From a virus (lineage: Duplodnaviria > Heunggongvirae > Uroviricota > Caudoviricetes): DNA of 36,404 nucleotides. The position numbers and the translations under genes were made by a program. The stretch lies in the IMG/VR virus record IMGVR_UViG_2923344815_000003, positions 1-36,404 of that record; one strand, given 5' to 3'. The notes under the pieces were generated by a model. It saw only the letters and a program-made list of their open reading frames with translations, was not told the origin of the DNA and ran no database searches. This document shows, piece by piece, positions 8,994 to 18,478 of this stretch (positions are counted from its first letter, which is position 1; each line of letters starts with the position of its first letter).

Positions 8994-9575
8994 ATTTTGT
9001 TTACTCTTCTCAATTGTTCCGCTTGATTCTCCTGCGGGGTGGTAACGATAAATCGTCGATGTACCAATGCCGTAAATTATTGCCAGTTGTTTTCTGTCGT
9101 GCCCGTTTTTAATCAGCCTTGCTATTTGCTCATTCTGTTCTATTGTCAGCTTCGGGCGACGTCCGCCTGTGCGTCCTTGTGCGCGTGCTGCTGCCAGACC
9201 GGCCAGTGTACGCTCTACAATTAATTCACGTTCCATTTCAGCCAGGGCACCCATCACGTGGAAGAAAAAACGCCCCATTGGAGAAGATGTATCTATGCTG
9301 TCGGTCAGACTGCGAAAATTAATCCCTCGCTCCCGTAGTTCCCCGACGAGAGAAATCAGATGTTTCATGCTTCGCCCGAGGCGATCCAGTTTCCAGACAA
9401 CCAGCGTGTCACCTTGTTGAAGGCGCTTTAAAGCGCGTTTTAATCCCGGTCGGTCTGTCTTTGTCCCGCTTAATTTATCTTCAAATATTTGTTCACATCC
9501 TGCACAAACAAGAGCGTTTCGTTGCAGGTCTGTATTCTGGTCATTTGTTGATACCCTTACATAGCCAATCAGCAC
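8985..9575 (-). CDS. Gin/Cin/Pin/Hin-family serine DNA invertase
   Basis: VLIGYVRVSTNDQNTDLQRNAL... catalytic Ser region, C-terminal HTH; near-identical in its N-terminal two-thirds to Mu Gin as I recall it; GTG start at 9575 with GGGAGA RBS (track ORF starts 9593). Confidence 0.9.
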   Translation of the reverse strand: MLIGYVRVSTNDQNTDLQRNALVCAGCEQIFEDKLSGTKTDRPGLKRALKRLQQGDTLVVWKLDRLGRSMKHLISLVGELRERGINFRSLTDSIDTSSPMGRFFFHVMGALAEMERELIVERTLAGLAAARAQGRTGGRRPKLTIEQNEQIARLIKNGHDRKQLAIIYGIGTSTIYRYHPAGESSGTIEKSKQNNR

Positions 9576-9629
9576 ACTGAATCTCCCGTCCAAAAGCGCA
9601 AATCATGCCATGCAGGCCAGAAACGGCCA

Positions 9630-9655
9630 TTATCTAAAACCTCGGTTTACAGGAA
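9630..9655. other. gix/cix-like recombination site (left)
   Basis: ttatctaaaacc-tc-ggtttacaggaa: 12-2-12 dyad matching the Gin/Cin crossover-site consensus as I recall it. Confidence 0.7.
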
Positions 9656-9711
9656 ACGGTAAATCAGGCTTCTGGCGCATTACAGAAAAAACAGAACGGC
9701 GCAGATATTCC
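9642..9711. repeat. left arm of 70-bp perfect inverted repeat bounding the invertible tail-fibre segment
   Basis: Reverse complement of 12621-12690 is identical base for base (checked by hand). Confidence 0.8.
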
Positions 9712-10636
9712 CGATAAAAAACTATTCCTGCGTAATATCGGCACAACAAATTCAACAACCATGTCTTTTAGTGGTGGTGCTGGATGGTTCAAACTGGCAA
9801 CTGTAACAATGCCACAAGCCAGTTCCGTGATTTACATAAGCCTGATTGGTGGCGCAGGGTATAACGTTGGCTCCTCGCATCAAGCAGGCATCTCTGAGCT
9901 GGTTCTGCGTGCCGGAAATGGGAATCCAAAAGGTATTACTGGTGCATTATGGCGACGGACATCGGTTGGATTTACTAATTTTGCATGGGTGAATACATCC
10001 GGTAATACCTATGATGTTTATGTTGAAATAGGTAATTACGCCACAGGTGTTAATATTCAGTGGGATTATACCAGTAACGCCAGCGTAACGATTCATACAT
10101 CACCAACTTATACAGCGAATAAACCAACAGGCCTGACAGATGGAACTGTATATGTAATTTACAGTTCGCACATTAAACCGACTGCTGCTGAGGTTGGGGC
10201 GTTGTCATTATCTGGCGGTCAATTGAATGGTGCACTGGGCATCGGAACATCCAGTGCTCTTGGTGGTAACTCGATTGTTTTGGGTGATAATGACACGGGA
10301 TTTAAACAAAATGGCGACGGGTATCTGGATGTTTATGCGAATAACGTCCATGTTATGCGCTTTGTCTCCGGCAGCATTCAAAGTAATAAAACCATAAATA
10401 TTACAGGGCGTGTTAACCCCTCGGATTACGGTAACTTTGATTCCCGTTATGTGAAAGATGTTCGCCTGGGTACGCGTGTTGTTCAATTGATGGCGCGTGG
10501 TGGTCGTTATGAAAAAGCCGGACACGCAATTACCGGATTAAGAATCATTGGTGAAGTAGATGGCGATGATGAAGCCATCTTCAGACCAATACAAAAATAC
10601 ATCAATGGCACATGGTATAACGTCGCACAGGTGTAA
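9644..10636 (+). CDS. alternative tail-fibre C-terminal exon (silent in this orientation)
   Basis: Reading frame open from the crossover site; first 23 codons (LGLQETVNQASGALQKKQNGADIP) identical to the corresponding stretch of H; C-terminus ...INGTWYNVAQV resembles the H C-terminus; track ORF 9761-10636 is the Met-initiated part. Confidence 0.75.
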   Translation, partial: GLQETVNQASGALQKKQNGADIPDKKLFLRNIGTTNSTTMSFSGGAGWFKLATVTMPQASSVIYISLIGGAGYNVGSSHQAGISELVLRAGNGNPKGITGALWRRTSVGFTNFAWVNTSGNTYDVYVEIGNYATGVNIQWDYTSNASVTIHTSPTYTANKPTGLTDGTVYVIYSSHIKPTAAEVGALSLSGGQLNGALGIGTSSALGGNSIVLGDNDTGFKQNGDGYLDVYANNVHVMRFVSGSIQSNKTINITGRVNPSDYGNFDSRYVKDVRLGTRVVQLMARGGRYEKAGHAITGLRIIGEVDGDDEAIFRPIQKYINGTWYNVAQV

Positions 10637-10639
10637 ATT

Positions 10640-11167
10640 ATGCAGCATTTAAAAAATATTAAGTCAGGAAATCCAAAAACAAAAGAGCAATATCAGCTAA
10701 CAAAGAATTTTGATGTTATCTGGTTATATACAGAAGACGGTAAAAACTGGTATGAGGAAGTAAATAACTTTCAGGACGACACCATAAAGATTGTATACGA
10801 CGAAAATAATATTATTGTCGCCATCACCAAAGATGCCTCCACGCTTAACCCTGAAGGTTTTAGCGTTGTCGAGGTTCCTGATATTACCGCCAACCGACGT
10901 GCTGATGACTCAGGTAAATGGATGTTTAAGGATGGTGCTGTGATTAAGCGGATTTATACGGCTGACGAACAGCAACAACAGGCCGAATCACAAAAGGCCG
11001 CGTTGATTTCTGAAGCTGAAAGCGTTATTCAGCCACTGGAACGCGCTGTCAGGCTGAATATGGCGACGGATGAAGAGCGTAGCCGACTGGAAGCATGGGA
11101 ACGCTACAGTGTTATGGTCAGCCGTGTGGATACGGCAAAGCCCGAATGGCCACAAAAGCCTGAGTAA
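10640..11167 (+). CDS. alternative tail-fibre assembly chaperone (silent partner)
   Basis: 175 aa, N-terminus [22 protein letters not shown] nearly identical to the convergent chaperone at 11196-11729. Confidence 0.8.
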   Translation: MQHLKNIKSGNPKTKEQYQLTKNFDVIWLYTEDGKNWYEEVNNFQDDTIKIVYDENNIIVAITKDASTLNPEGFSVVEVPDITANRRADDSGKWMFKDGAVIKRIYTADEQQQQAESQKAALISEAESVIQPLERAVRLNMATDEERSRLEAWERYSVMVSRVDTAKPEWPQKPE

Positions 11168-11172
11168 AAATT

Positions 11173-11192
11173 AAGGCCCGATATCGGGCCTT
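11173..11192. terminator. palindromic hairpin between convergent assembly-chaperone genes
   Basis: aaggcccgat / atcgggcctt perfect palindrome. Confidence 0.45.
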
Positions 11193-11195
11193 CTC

Positions 11196-11729
11196 TCATT
11201 CTGGTTGTTCGGGAAACGTTACTGGCAAGCTGGAAGTGTCTGTAGATTCGACTTTCTGCGCAAAGAGCATCCACTCTGTTAATTTTTGTTTATTCTCGTC
11301 GGAAATGATGCCCAGCCGTAGCTGTGAGTCCCATAGCTGGGTTTTATCCCTGACGAGCTGTAGCAGGCTTTGCTTTTCATTTTCCGCCTGCTGCCTCTGC
11401 TCTTCCTCGGTATAAGTTCGCCTTACCACTACGCCATCTTTGAACATCCATTTACCCGAAATATCAGCCCGGCGATTTGCTGTAATATCAGGAACCTCAA
11501 CGACGCTTGCGCCTTCTGGATTAATTGCTGAAACATCCTTTTCAATACAAATAATAACGCCGTTACGGTCATAGACCATTTTCAACGTATCAGGCTGAAA
11601 GTTCTTTTGTTCCTCATACCAGTTTTTTCCATCATCTGAATAAAGCCATTTGATGTTAAATTGCTTTGTTAGCTGGTATTGCTCTTTTGTTTTAGGGTTG
11701 CCAGCAGTAATATTTTTTAAGTGCATCAT
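11196..11729 (-). CDS. tail-fibre assembly chaperone (expressed copy)
   Basis: 177 aa, immediately downstream of H on the same strand. Confidence 0.85.
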   Translation of the reverse strand: MMHLKNITAGNPKTKEQYQLTKQFNIKWLYSDDGKNWYEEQKNFQPDTLKMVYDRNGVIICIEKDVSAINPEGASVVEVPDITANRRADISGKWMFKDGVVVRRTYTEEEQRQQAENEKQSLLQLVRDKTQLWDSQLRLGIISDENKQKLTEWMLFAQKVESTDTSSLPVTFPEQPE

Positions 11730-11731
11730 AA

Positions 11732-14098
11732 TTAAATACTCCCCGCGTTATACCACGTTCCATTAATGCAATACTGAATTGGCCTTGCCTGAGTTGTATC
11801 AATTAATTCATCACGGTTTCCGTTAACTGAACCCGTAACGACATAACCTGACCTGTCAGACCAGCCGGGACCATTCCATGTCTGAACAGATGACAGACCG
11901 CCCAGGCGAATACCTGTAATAAACCTTGAGTTACATTCTGCCTGCGTATATGCACCAACATCCCCCGCAGAGGGTTTGCGGGTTGTGGTGTAAAACTCTG
12001 ACCAGTTAGCTTCAAAGCCATAACCATCACGCGCTGAACGATAAAAGATACCGCCGTTTTTATAATTCACGCGGAACTGTACAGCAGGGCAACTCCCCGC
12101 ATTCATATTAAAGTGGAGGATTAATGTCGATGCGCCACTGATATCTGCATCATAAACGCCGCTATTCCAGTTCCAGCCAACAGCTTTATCATTTGCAACC
12201 CTGCTTCCTGTTTGCCCTAAAGCAAATGCAGGCTGCTGGTTTTTCGTGTTGTAGTCTCGTCGCCAGCCAGGAGCATAAGCATCACCATGATTAATATAGG
12301 TGAATTGAGCGTTAGTAATTCCGCCGCCGCTGGACGTACTCGCCGTAGTAACGCGTATGGTCATTGCGCCGCGAGTGCCAATAACTTCCACCACTGCACC
12401 TGCAAGACAAATATTTCCGCAACCTGTATCTGTAATGACCTTATTGTTTGCATAAGCCCATGAGCCTTTGCACATCCAGTAAGGATGGTTAAATGCCCCC
12501 TGACTCTCCAGCCACGAAATGAATTGTGCGGTTGTCCAGGTCTGACTATCGCCACCAATATTCAGCCATGCGCTATATGCGCGGCAGGCACCAATATTTT
12601 TGGTGAAGGTATCTTTTCCCGGAATATCTGCGCCGTTCTGTTTTTTCTGTAATGCGCCAGAAGCCTGATTTACCGTTTCCTGTAAACCGAGGTATTCGAT
12701 AACAGCGGCAACGGTCGATTTCGCAAGAATATCCCGCCCGACTTTTGTCAGGGTTGCCAGGCTGGCGACATCATTCCCCGTAAAATACGGAAACCTGTCT
12801 GCCGCAGTAGCAAGCCCGGCCAGCGCCGTCAGGGTGGCATCTTTCGGTTGCTTACCCGCAAGCGCGTTAGTCATGGTGGTCGCAAAATTCGGGTCGTTGC
12901 CCAGCGCCGCCGCCAGCTCGTTCAGCGTATTCAGTGCGTCAGGCGACGAGTCTACAAGTGCGGCAATCGCGGCCATCACATAAGCCGTGCTTGCGATCTG
13001 AGTATTATTAGTCCCTTTTGGCGCAGTTGGCGTTGTTGGCGTTCCGGTCAGCGCAGGACTGTTTAAAGGCGCTTTCTTGTTCGTTTCATCCATTACCGCC
13101 TTAACCGCTTTCGGTGTCGCGGCCAGTGTTTCAGACGTGCTGTTGGTGGCACTACTGAGCTGGACTATCCCTTTTTGTGCCGTCGTGGCGTCCTGAGCGG
13201 TATATTTTGCGTTAGCAAGGTCATACGCGGCCTTTACTGCTTTCGGCGTTGCAGCCTGCGTTTCAGACGTGCTGTTGGTGGCGCTACTGAGCTGGACAAG
13301 GCCTTTTCGCGTCGTGCTGGCATCCTGCGCAGTATATTTTCCGTTAGCAAGGTCATACGCGGCCTTTACTGCTTTCGGCGTTGCAGCCTGCGTTTCAGAC
13401 GTGCTGTTGGTGGCGCTACTGAGCTGAACTATCCCTTTCCGCGCAATGGTAGCGTCCTGTGCGGTGTATTTGCCATTAGCCAGGTCATATGCTGCCTTTA
13501 ATGCTTTCGGCGTTGCAGCCTGCGTTTCAGATGTGCTGTTAGTGGCGCTACTGAGTTGAACAAAGCCTTTTGCGGTCAGCGAGGCGTCCGGGTGACGTCG
13601 TGACCGTTCATGCTCTTTCAGTTTGTCATCCACGTAATCCACTGTGGCCATCACCATGGTGTTATCCACGGTAAGCGCCACGGTGGCAGTGCTGGATACG
13701 GTCAGAATGGTGCGAAACGTTTGTGCACGACCGGACCCTTCGGCAACGGCTGGCTTGTAACTTTCGGCAGTATTGCCCACCGCGATTAAATCGCCGTGCT
13801 CATCAAATACACCAATTTCCCGGATCCAGAATCCGCCCGTTTCAGGAGGAATAACCAGCTCCGCAATAATGCGGTTCTGATGTGTTGCGTCCAGGATGAC
13901 GCGATTAACAGTGTGTCGCCACACCTCATGCACCAGACGGGTCTGCTTACTGTCTGGTGTGGGCAACGTGCCGCCACCGTCGCCCACGGCCATATGAGTC
14001 AGGCAGACAGGCTTACCATCTGGCGCGGCTGCCTGCGCTAATTTTTTTGCACCCGTATCGGTGATAACGGTTTTAAATTTTCGTGTTGTGGTACTCAT
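11732..14098 (-). CDS. H: tail fibre protein gpH (constant N-terminal part plus currently joined variable C-terminal part)
   Basis: 788 aa; conserved P2 H-like N-terminus; four tandem ~40-aa fibre repeats; gix-like site inside the gene at 12677-12702. Confidence 0.9.
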   Translation of the reverse strand: MSTTTRKFKTVITDTGAKKLAQAAAPDGKPVCLTHMAVGDGGGTLPTPDSKQTRLVHEVWRHTVNRVILDATHQNRIIAELVIPPETGGFWIREIGVFDEHGDLIAVGNTAESYKPAVAEGSGRAQTFRTILTVSSTATVALTVDNTMVMATVDYVDDKLKEHERSRRHPDASLTAKGFVQLSSATNSTSETQAATPKALKAAYDLANGKYTAQDATIARKGIVQLSSATNSTSETQAATPKAVKAAYDLANGKYTAQDASTTRKGLVQLSSATNSTSETQAATPKAVKAAYDLANAKYTAQDATTAQKGIVQLSSATNSTSETLAATPKAVKAVMDETNKKAPLNSPALTGTPTTPTAPKGTNNTQIASTAYVMAAIAALVDSSPDALNTLNELAAALGNDPNFATTMTNALAGKQPKDATLTALAGLATAADRFPYFTGNDVASLATLTKVGRDILAKSTVAAVIEYLGLQETVNQASGALQKKQNGADIPGKDTFTKNIGACRAYSAWLNIGGDSQTWTTAQFISWLESQGAFNHPYWMCKGSWAYANNKVITDTGCGNICLAGAVVEVIGTRGAMTIRVTTASTSSGGGITNAQFTYINHGDAYAPGWRRDYNTKNQQPAFALGQTGSRVANDKAVGWNWNSGVYDADISGASTLILHFNMNAGSCPAVQFRVNYKNGGIFYRSARDGYGFEANWSEFYTTTRKPSAGDVGAYTQAECNSRFITGIRLGGLSSVQTWNGPGWSDRSGYVVTGSVNGNRDELIDTTQARPIQYCINGTWYNAGSI
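12621..12690. repeat. right arm of 70-bp perfect inverted repeat
   Basis: Reverse complement equals 9642-9711. Confidence 0.8.
12677..12702. other. gix/cix-like recombination site (right), inside H
   Basis: ttcctgtaaacc-ga-ggtattcgataa. Confidence 0.7.
13100..13590. repeat. four tandem ~120-bp repeats inside H (tail-fibre repeat domain)
   Basis: Protein repeat VQLSSATNSTSETQAATPKAVKAAYDLANGKYTAQDA x4; DNA units nearly identical. Confidence 0.8.
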
Positions 14099-14100
14099 GC

Positions 14101-14631
14101 TTAATCGTCCGGATAAATGGTAATGACTTCACCGTCGTAAGTTGCTGCCGCCGCGAAAATATCCCCCGGGATCTCCTGAATGATATTCAGCCCTGTCATG
14201 TGGCGGCTGGCCGGGCGGGCATCAGCAATCAACCGCTCCATTTCCAGATACATTTCCTCCGTCACGCCACTGTCCAGCGTGCCGACTTCAACGGTAAATG
14301 TTCCCGGTTCTCCGCCGAACTCCCACCACTCAGACACGCGAATGAGGTATCCCAGCGGCTCAATGGCCCGGCGCAGTGCGCTGATGGTCCCTTTGTGTCG
14401 GTGTATCAGCCATGCATCACGAATCACCTGTCGCTTTGTCTCTTCCGGCCAGTTGCGATCCCAGCGGTCAACGGAAAATGCCCAGGCGAGATAAGGCAGC
14501 AGATGCACCGGGCAGGTGTCCGGTGACCACAGCGTGTTGAGGTCTACCGGGATGTCTGTAATGCGCGCTCCGACAGCTTCGGCGCAACGCATGAAATTGC
14601 TGGCTGATGGCGGTAACAGTGAATTACTCAT
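14101..14631 (-). CDS. I: baseplate protein gpI
   Basis: Track ORF 14101-14664; start at 14631 gives 176 aa as in P2 I. Confidence 0.85.
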   Translation of the reverse strand: MSNSLLPPSASNFMRCAEAVGARITDIPVDLNTLWSPDTCPVHLLPYLAWAFSVDRWDRNWPEETKRQVIRDAWLIHRHKGTISALRRAIEPLGYLIRVSEWWEFGGEPGTFTVEVGTLDSGVTEEMYLEMERLIADARPASRHMTGLNIIQEIPGDIFAAAATYDGEVITIYPDD

Positions 14632-15520
14632 TACGCCCACCTTCGCTGATGGTGAATGACTCACAGCGCGCCGCCTGTATGTCGCTGATGGCCATATTCT
14701 GTGTGGGTTCGATTATCTCCACGCGTTGCACACCGTGCACATGCAGTGCGGCAGCAATGGCGGACAACGCCACGTCCTGACCGATAAGCCCCTGCTCAGC
14801 CAGCCACTTCCTGAACGACGATTCAGCTGCGGCCAGAATAGGTTCGGATTCCGGGCCGGGGTAAAAGTACAGTTTTGCATTCAGCCGCCATGTCACGATT
14901 CTGGCGCTCTGTACCGTCAGGCGGTCGGCCACCGGGCGGGTATCCTCTGCATTCAGAACGGCGCGAACGGTATTAAGCAACGCCTCCGTTGCTGTGCCGT
15001 CGCCTTCAGTGGACAGGATGGAAACCGTCACATTGGCCGGAGACGGACTGATAGCCCGCGCATCACGCACCAGACCGCTGGCGCTGCGGGCAAAATACTC
15101 GTATGCACCTGACGGGCCAGCAACACTCAGGCCGTCGTACGCCCGCTGCGCCCGCAGTCTAAGCGAGGTGTCGCTCTCCATCACCGCGTCGGTGGTATCC
15201 GTTGCCGGAGTGATAACCAGGCGCTTTGTGTTCATATTGCCCGCGAGGTTGTCCAGGTCTGTCCCGGCGCTGTGGCTTAACATGCAGGCGCGTGCACCCT
15301 CATTGACCCGCTGGCGTAACAGCATTTCACGAAACGCTGTTGTCTGGGCGATAACGTTAAGGGGTTCCGATTCCAGCTCCAGCGCGGCGGAAACGGCTTC
15401 ACGCTGTTCGGCGGGATAGGACGCAATCATCATGGCTTTTGTGTCAGCCAGAATTGCTTCAAAGTCAGGCTCCGCGATGATGGCGGGTTCCGGTAACTGG
15501 GAAAGGTCAACGGCGGGCAT
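14624..15520 (-). CDS. J: baseplate assembly protein gpJ
   Basis: 298 aa, position and size as P2 J. Confidence 0.88.
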   Translation of the reverse strand: MPAVDLSQLPEPAIIAEPDFEAILADTKAMMIASYPAEQREAVSAALELESEPLNVIAQTTAFREMLLRQRVNEGARACMLSHSAGTDLDNLAGNMNTKRLVITPATDTTDAVMESDTSLRLRAQRAYDGLSVAGPSGAYEYFARSASGLVRDARAISPSPANVTVSILSTEGDGTATEALLNTVRAVLNAEDTRPVADRLTVQSARIVTWRLNAKLYFYPGPESEPILAAAESSFRKWLAEQGLIGQDVALSAIAAALHVHGVQRVEIIEPTQNMAISDIQAARCESFTISEGGRNE

Positions 15521-15523
15521 GAT

Positions 15524-15874
15524 TTACTCCCTCAGCGTGATGGTTAATTCAACATTCTGCATGGTCTGCATGACAGTGCCCGACAGCGTCACCCCGGCGC
15601 GGCCTCCTGCCTTCCAGACAACGTCGATGGCGTCCAGGGCAATGCGGGGTTCCCATCGTGTCAGTGCAATCACGGCAGCACTCATGCATTGCAGACGCGT
15701 GGTGTTATTCATGGGTTCGTCAATCAAATCAGGCAAAAGGCTGCCATATTCCCGTCGCATAACCCGGCTTGCCAGCGGGGTGGTCAGGATGTCCCTGACT
15801 GACTGTTTCAGGTGCTCCATATCGTTCAGGTTTCCCGTCCCGTCCGGGTTCATTCCTGTGTAGCGGGTTGTCAC
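15524..15874 (-). CDS. W: baseplate wedge protein gpW
   Basis: 116 aa, gp25-like family by position and size. Confidence 0.85.
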   Translation of the reverse strand: MTTRYTGMNPDGTGNLNDMEHLKQSVRDILTTPLASRVMRREYGSLLPDLIDEPMNNTTRLQCMSAAVIALTRWEPRIALDAIDVVWKAGGRAGVTLSGTVMQTMQNVELTITLRE

Positions 15875-16452
15875 TGCGGGCCTCCTGTCGAATCGCTGCC
15901 ACCTTTAACGCCACCGTGCTTATGCGTATGCACTGTGATGCCGTTTGAGGTGAAATTGCCGCCGCTGTGCGTGATATTGCCGCTCATCTTTCCCCCTTTT
16001 GTGACGTCAAGCGTCGCCGTTCTCAGAAGGTTTGTGCATTCCACGACGGGCGTGTCCAGTGTCACGCTGACGGATGCCTGCAGGCTGGCTGTTTTCATGC
16101 CGCTGGCGCTCAGTGCGCCTGCGTCCGCGTCGTAGCGGAACACCGCGCCATCCGGCGCGCTGACCACGATTTCTTTCAGGCTTTTGCCGGGGGCCGGACT
16201 GGCATCACTCCACAGGCTGCCAATTATCATGGCGGTTTCCGGGTTGCCGCCAATGCAGGCAATTACCACCTGTTCGCCGGGTGATGGCGGCAGCCACACA
16301 TTGAAGGCTCCCGCGCGCGTGGTGTTCCAGCGTAACCAGCCTGTTTCCAGTTCGCCGCTGCGAACGCGCACGCACCAGGACTTCTCATCAACTTCAGAGA
16401 TGATCCCGGTGCGGATGACATTGCTCAGCAGTCGCATGAGTTCTGCGCTCAC
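15871..16452 (-). CDS. V: baseplate spike/assembly protein gpV
   Basis: 193 aa; overlaps W start by 4 nt. Confidence 0.85.
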   Translation of the reverse strand: MSAELMRLLSNVIRTGIISEVDEKSWCVRVRSGELETGWLRWNTTRAGAFNVWLPPSPGEQVVIACIGGNPETAMIIGSLWSDASPAPGKSLKEIVVSAPDGAVFRYDADAGALSASGMKTASLQASVSVTLDTPVVECTNLLRTATLDVTKGGKMSGNITHSGGNFTSNGITVHTHKHGGVKGGSDSTGGPQ

Positions 16453-17093
16453 CGTACAGCCTCCGCAATCCGGCCCAGCACCGTGTTATAAATCAGGCGC
16501 TCATCTGCCTGGCTGATACCCAGCAGCTCACGTACCGGGTAATCGGTGAAAATGCCCGGCGCAACCTGATCGCGCTCACCGAACTGATGAACGCGTGCAA
16601 TACGTGCGGCCACGCCGCTGTAACCCACCGTCACACCGGAAGCATCTGCACGGGTTTTCAGGTAGCGGGCGGTGCGCAGTTTTACGAACATGGGGACGCG
16701 CCTGGTGCTGTCCTGGTTGATGCGCCGGGTGCGTATTTCCAGAAAACGGTCGATGTCATCCCGGTAAAACGTGCGGATATTGTTTTTATCCTCATCCCAC
16801 CCGGTAATGGTTCGCCCGTATTTCCCCGTGTCGTGATGCCAGTTTTTCAGCGTGCGTGCTTCGTTATTCCAGATAAAGCGAATGCGTTCCTGTATCCGGG
16901 TTACGCGGCGTCTGCGTGGTGTCCACGCGGTCCCGTCCGGCGCTTTCTGTGACCGGATACGCGCCTGCTGGGCGCGGCGTAAATCCTGTGCCAGCTTTCT
17001 GGCGATGTTATTGATGGCCTGCTGATTCAGGCTGTCGCGGATGGCCTCAAAGGTTTCATCCACGCGGGTGAATGCCTTATCCATCGCTTTCAC
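16449..17093 (-). CDS. virion morphogenesis / tail completion protein (gpS-like)
   Basis: 214 aa in S position between R and V; larger than P2 S. Confidence 0.65.
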   Translation of the reverse strand: MKAMDKAFTRVDETFEAIRDSLNQQAINNIARKLAQDLRRAQQARIRSQKAPDGTAWTPRRRRVTRIQERIRFIWNNEARTLKNWHHDTGKYGRTITGWDEDKNNIRTFYRDDIDRFLEIRTRRINQDSTRRVPMFVKLRTARYLKTRADASGVTVGYSGVAARIARVHQFGERDQVAPGIFTDYPVRELLGISQADERLIYNTVLGRIAEAVR

Positions 17094-17544
17094 CCCACGT
17101 CACATCCTGGAATACATGCGACCAGTCGCCTTCGGAAGAGGGCAGACGGGGTTTTGGCTCCGGCAGGTGTTCTGCCTGCGGTGTGCCCTGACTGTTGCGC
17201 GTGATGCGAACGCGTTCCCGCAGGGGGAGCGTAAACAGGAGGTCGGCGCTGTCATCGTCATTGATAACGGCGGAGAATTTGATGTCCTGATTACGCTCAG
17301 GGTTGAGCAACAACTGTGGCTGATTTTCGGATAACCACGCCAGCAGCGGCAGCGTGAGGTCATCCAGCTCCCCGGCGTAATCCATGACAAACATCACCAT
17401 CTGATAGCGGTAAACAAACGAGGGCGTTTCTCCGGTCGTTTCAATGTTGCCGCTCTCCACGAAAATGGTGAATTTTTCCGGGTTGGCCTGACACCATCGG
17501 CATGAACGGGTCATGGCTTCACGCAGGGAATCAGTTTTCAGCAT
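17077..17544 (-). CDS. R: tail completion protein gpR
   Basis: 155 aa, same size as P2 R, conserved position. Confidence 0.8.
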   Translation of the reverse strand: MLKTDSLREAMTRSCRWCQANPEKFTIFVESGNIETTGETPSFVYRYQMVMFVMDYAGELDDLTLPLLAWLSENQPQLLLNPERNQDIKFSAVINDDDSADLLFTLPLRERVRITRNSQGTPQAEHLPEPKPRLPSSEGDWSHVFQDVTWGESDG

Positions 17545-17821
17545 GGTTGTTGTCCTCGTTGTTCAGTCGTTGCAGCCTGCGCTGTTCCAGTAATTCAATG
17601 GCCCGTTTATCCGCGTTACAGGTTTCCAGTGCATCCAGAAGGCGGTCGCCCCATATACCGAGATTTCCCCATGTGGGAGTGTCAGGGAAGGGGGGAGGCG
17701 TTACCGGTATGGTCAGCGTCTGCGGTATAAGCCGGACTGACGGCGCTGGCCGTGGCGCGTTCTGCGTGCCTGCGCAACCTGTCAGTAAAACGAGCGTCAG
17801 GCAAAGCGTGGGCGCATTCAT
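17531..17821 (-). CDS. o-spanin lipoprotein (LysC/Rz1-like), embedded in the i-spanin gene
   Basis: MNAPTLCLTLVLLTGC lipobox, Pro-rich body; out-of-frame overlap with 17682-18089. Confidence 0.6.
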   Translation of the reverse strand: MNAPTLCLTLVLLTGCAGTQNAPRPAPSVRLIPQTLTIPVTPPPFPDTPTWGNLGIWGDRLLDALETCNADKRAIELLEQRRLQRLNNEDNNHAEN

Positions 17822-18089
17822 CTTTTGCAATATCGTTGCGTAGCTGTTCACGTCTGGCCTCTCCGTCCTGATTGCGTTGCTGATTTTCCGCGCGGAGTTG
17901 TGCCAGCACCTGCTGCATATCCTGTACCCCGGCGCTGATGATATTCAGGGTGTCGACGGTACTTTTCAGGGTGCTGGCCTGCGCTTCGTTTCTGGCGTTC
18001 TCCCGGCCCAGTGACCACGACAGACGCATGGATGCTCCCCAGGCGGCAATCAGAAGAAAAGCGACGCCCAGCGTGGGCCAGAGCTTCAT
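17682..18089 (-). CDS. i-spanin (LysB/Rz-like)
   Basis: Start MKLWPTLGVAFLLIAAWGA (N-terminal TM) overlapping endolysin stop (ATGA); coiled-coil body. Confidence 0.6.
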   Translation of the reverse strand: MKLWPTLGVAFLLIAAWGASMRLSWSLGRENARNEAQASTLKSTVDTLNIISAGVQDMQQVLAQLRAENQQRNQDGEARREQLRNDIAKDECAHALPDARFTDRLRRHAERATASAVSPAYTADADHTGNASPLP

Positions 18090-18478
18090 GCCGGATAAAC
18101 TCCGTGCGGTAACTGAAAATGCGGTCCGTCTTTCAGGGTCTTCCAGTCGCCGCCCCATTCCACCGGAATATTCAGTTCCCGGCTGGCCTGTCTGAATGCT
18201 GCTGCGATTTTTTCGTACAGCGGCCATTCCCATGACACCTGGCTGCCGACATAAGCCACAACATCCACGGCATGCCCCGTAAGGTGGCGGCTGTTCATGG
18301 TCTGGCTCTTACCCGTGGCCACAAGTTGCTTCTGGCGGTAACGGCTGCGCAACCCTTCGGTGATACCAAAATCCACTTCCGAAATTTCCAGTGCCCGTCG
18401 GGTCACTTTCACCAGCTCAGGATTTACGCCCTGCAAATTCTTTTCGCTCCGGCTGCTGAATTTAAATGTGTTGCTCAT
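18086..18478 (-). CDS. endolysin, peptidase M15 (VanY-like L-Ala-D-Glu peptidase) type
   Basis: 130 aa with HLTGHAVDV zinc-binding-like motif; located between holin and spanins. Confidence 0.65.
   Translation of the reverse strand: MSNTFKFSSRSEKNLQGVNPELVKVTRRALEISEVDFGITEGLRSRYRQKQLVATGKSQTMNSRHLTGHAVDVVAYVGSQVSWEWPLYEKIAAAFRQASRELNIPVEWGGDWKTLKDGPHFQLPHGVYPA

Larger units (their letters stand above)
9644..12688. other. site-specific invertible DNA segment (Mu G-segment-like tail-fibre host-range switch)
   Basis: Bounded by inverted gix-like sites; contains two alternative tail-fibre C-terminal exons and two tail-fibre assembly genes in head-to-head arrangement, invertase adjacent. Confidence 0.8.

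Noticed and set aside
3208-9000. gix-like sites or inverted repeats at the boundaries of the inverted FI-U block
   Set aside because: Compared both junctions by eye; only a weak shared atttaac in direct orientation, no inverted repeat, so invertase involvement is unsupported.
9761-9763. ATG at 9761 as the start of an independent tail-fibre gene
   Set aside because: The frame is open upstream to the crossover site and encodes the same 23 residues as H; this is a promoterless alternative exon, not a separate gene.
13175-13501. 108-aa plus-strand ORF with internal repeats
   Set aside because: Lies antisense to the tandem fibre repeats of H; repeat-driven artefact.
13100-13590. Possible CRISPR-like array (regular repeats)
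   Set aside because: 120-bp period, no unique spacers, in-frame coding repeats inside the tail-fibre gene.
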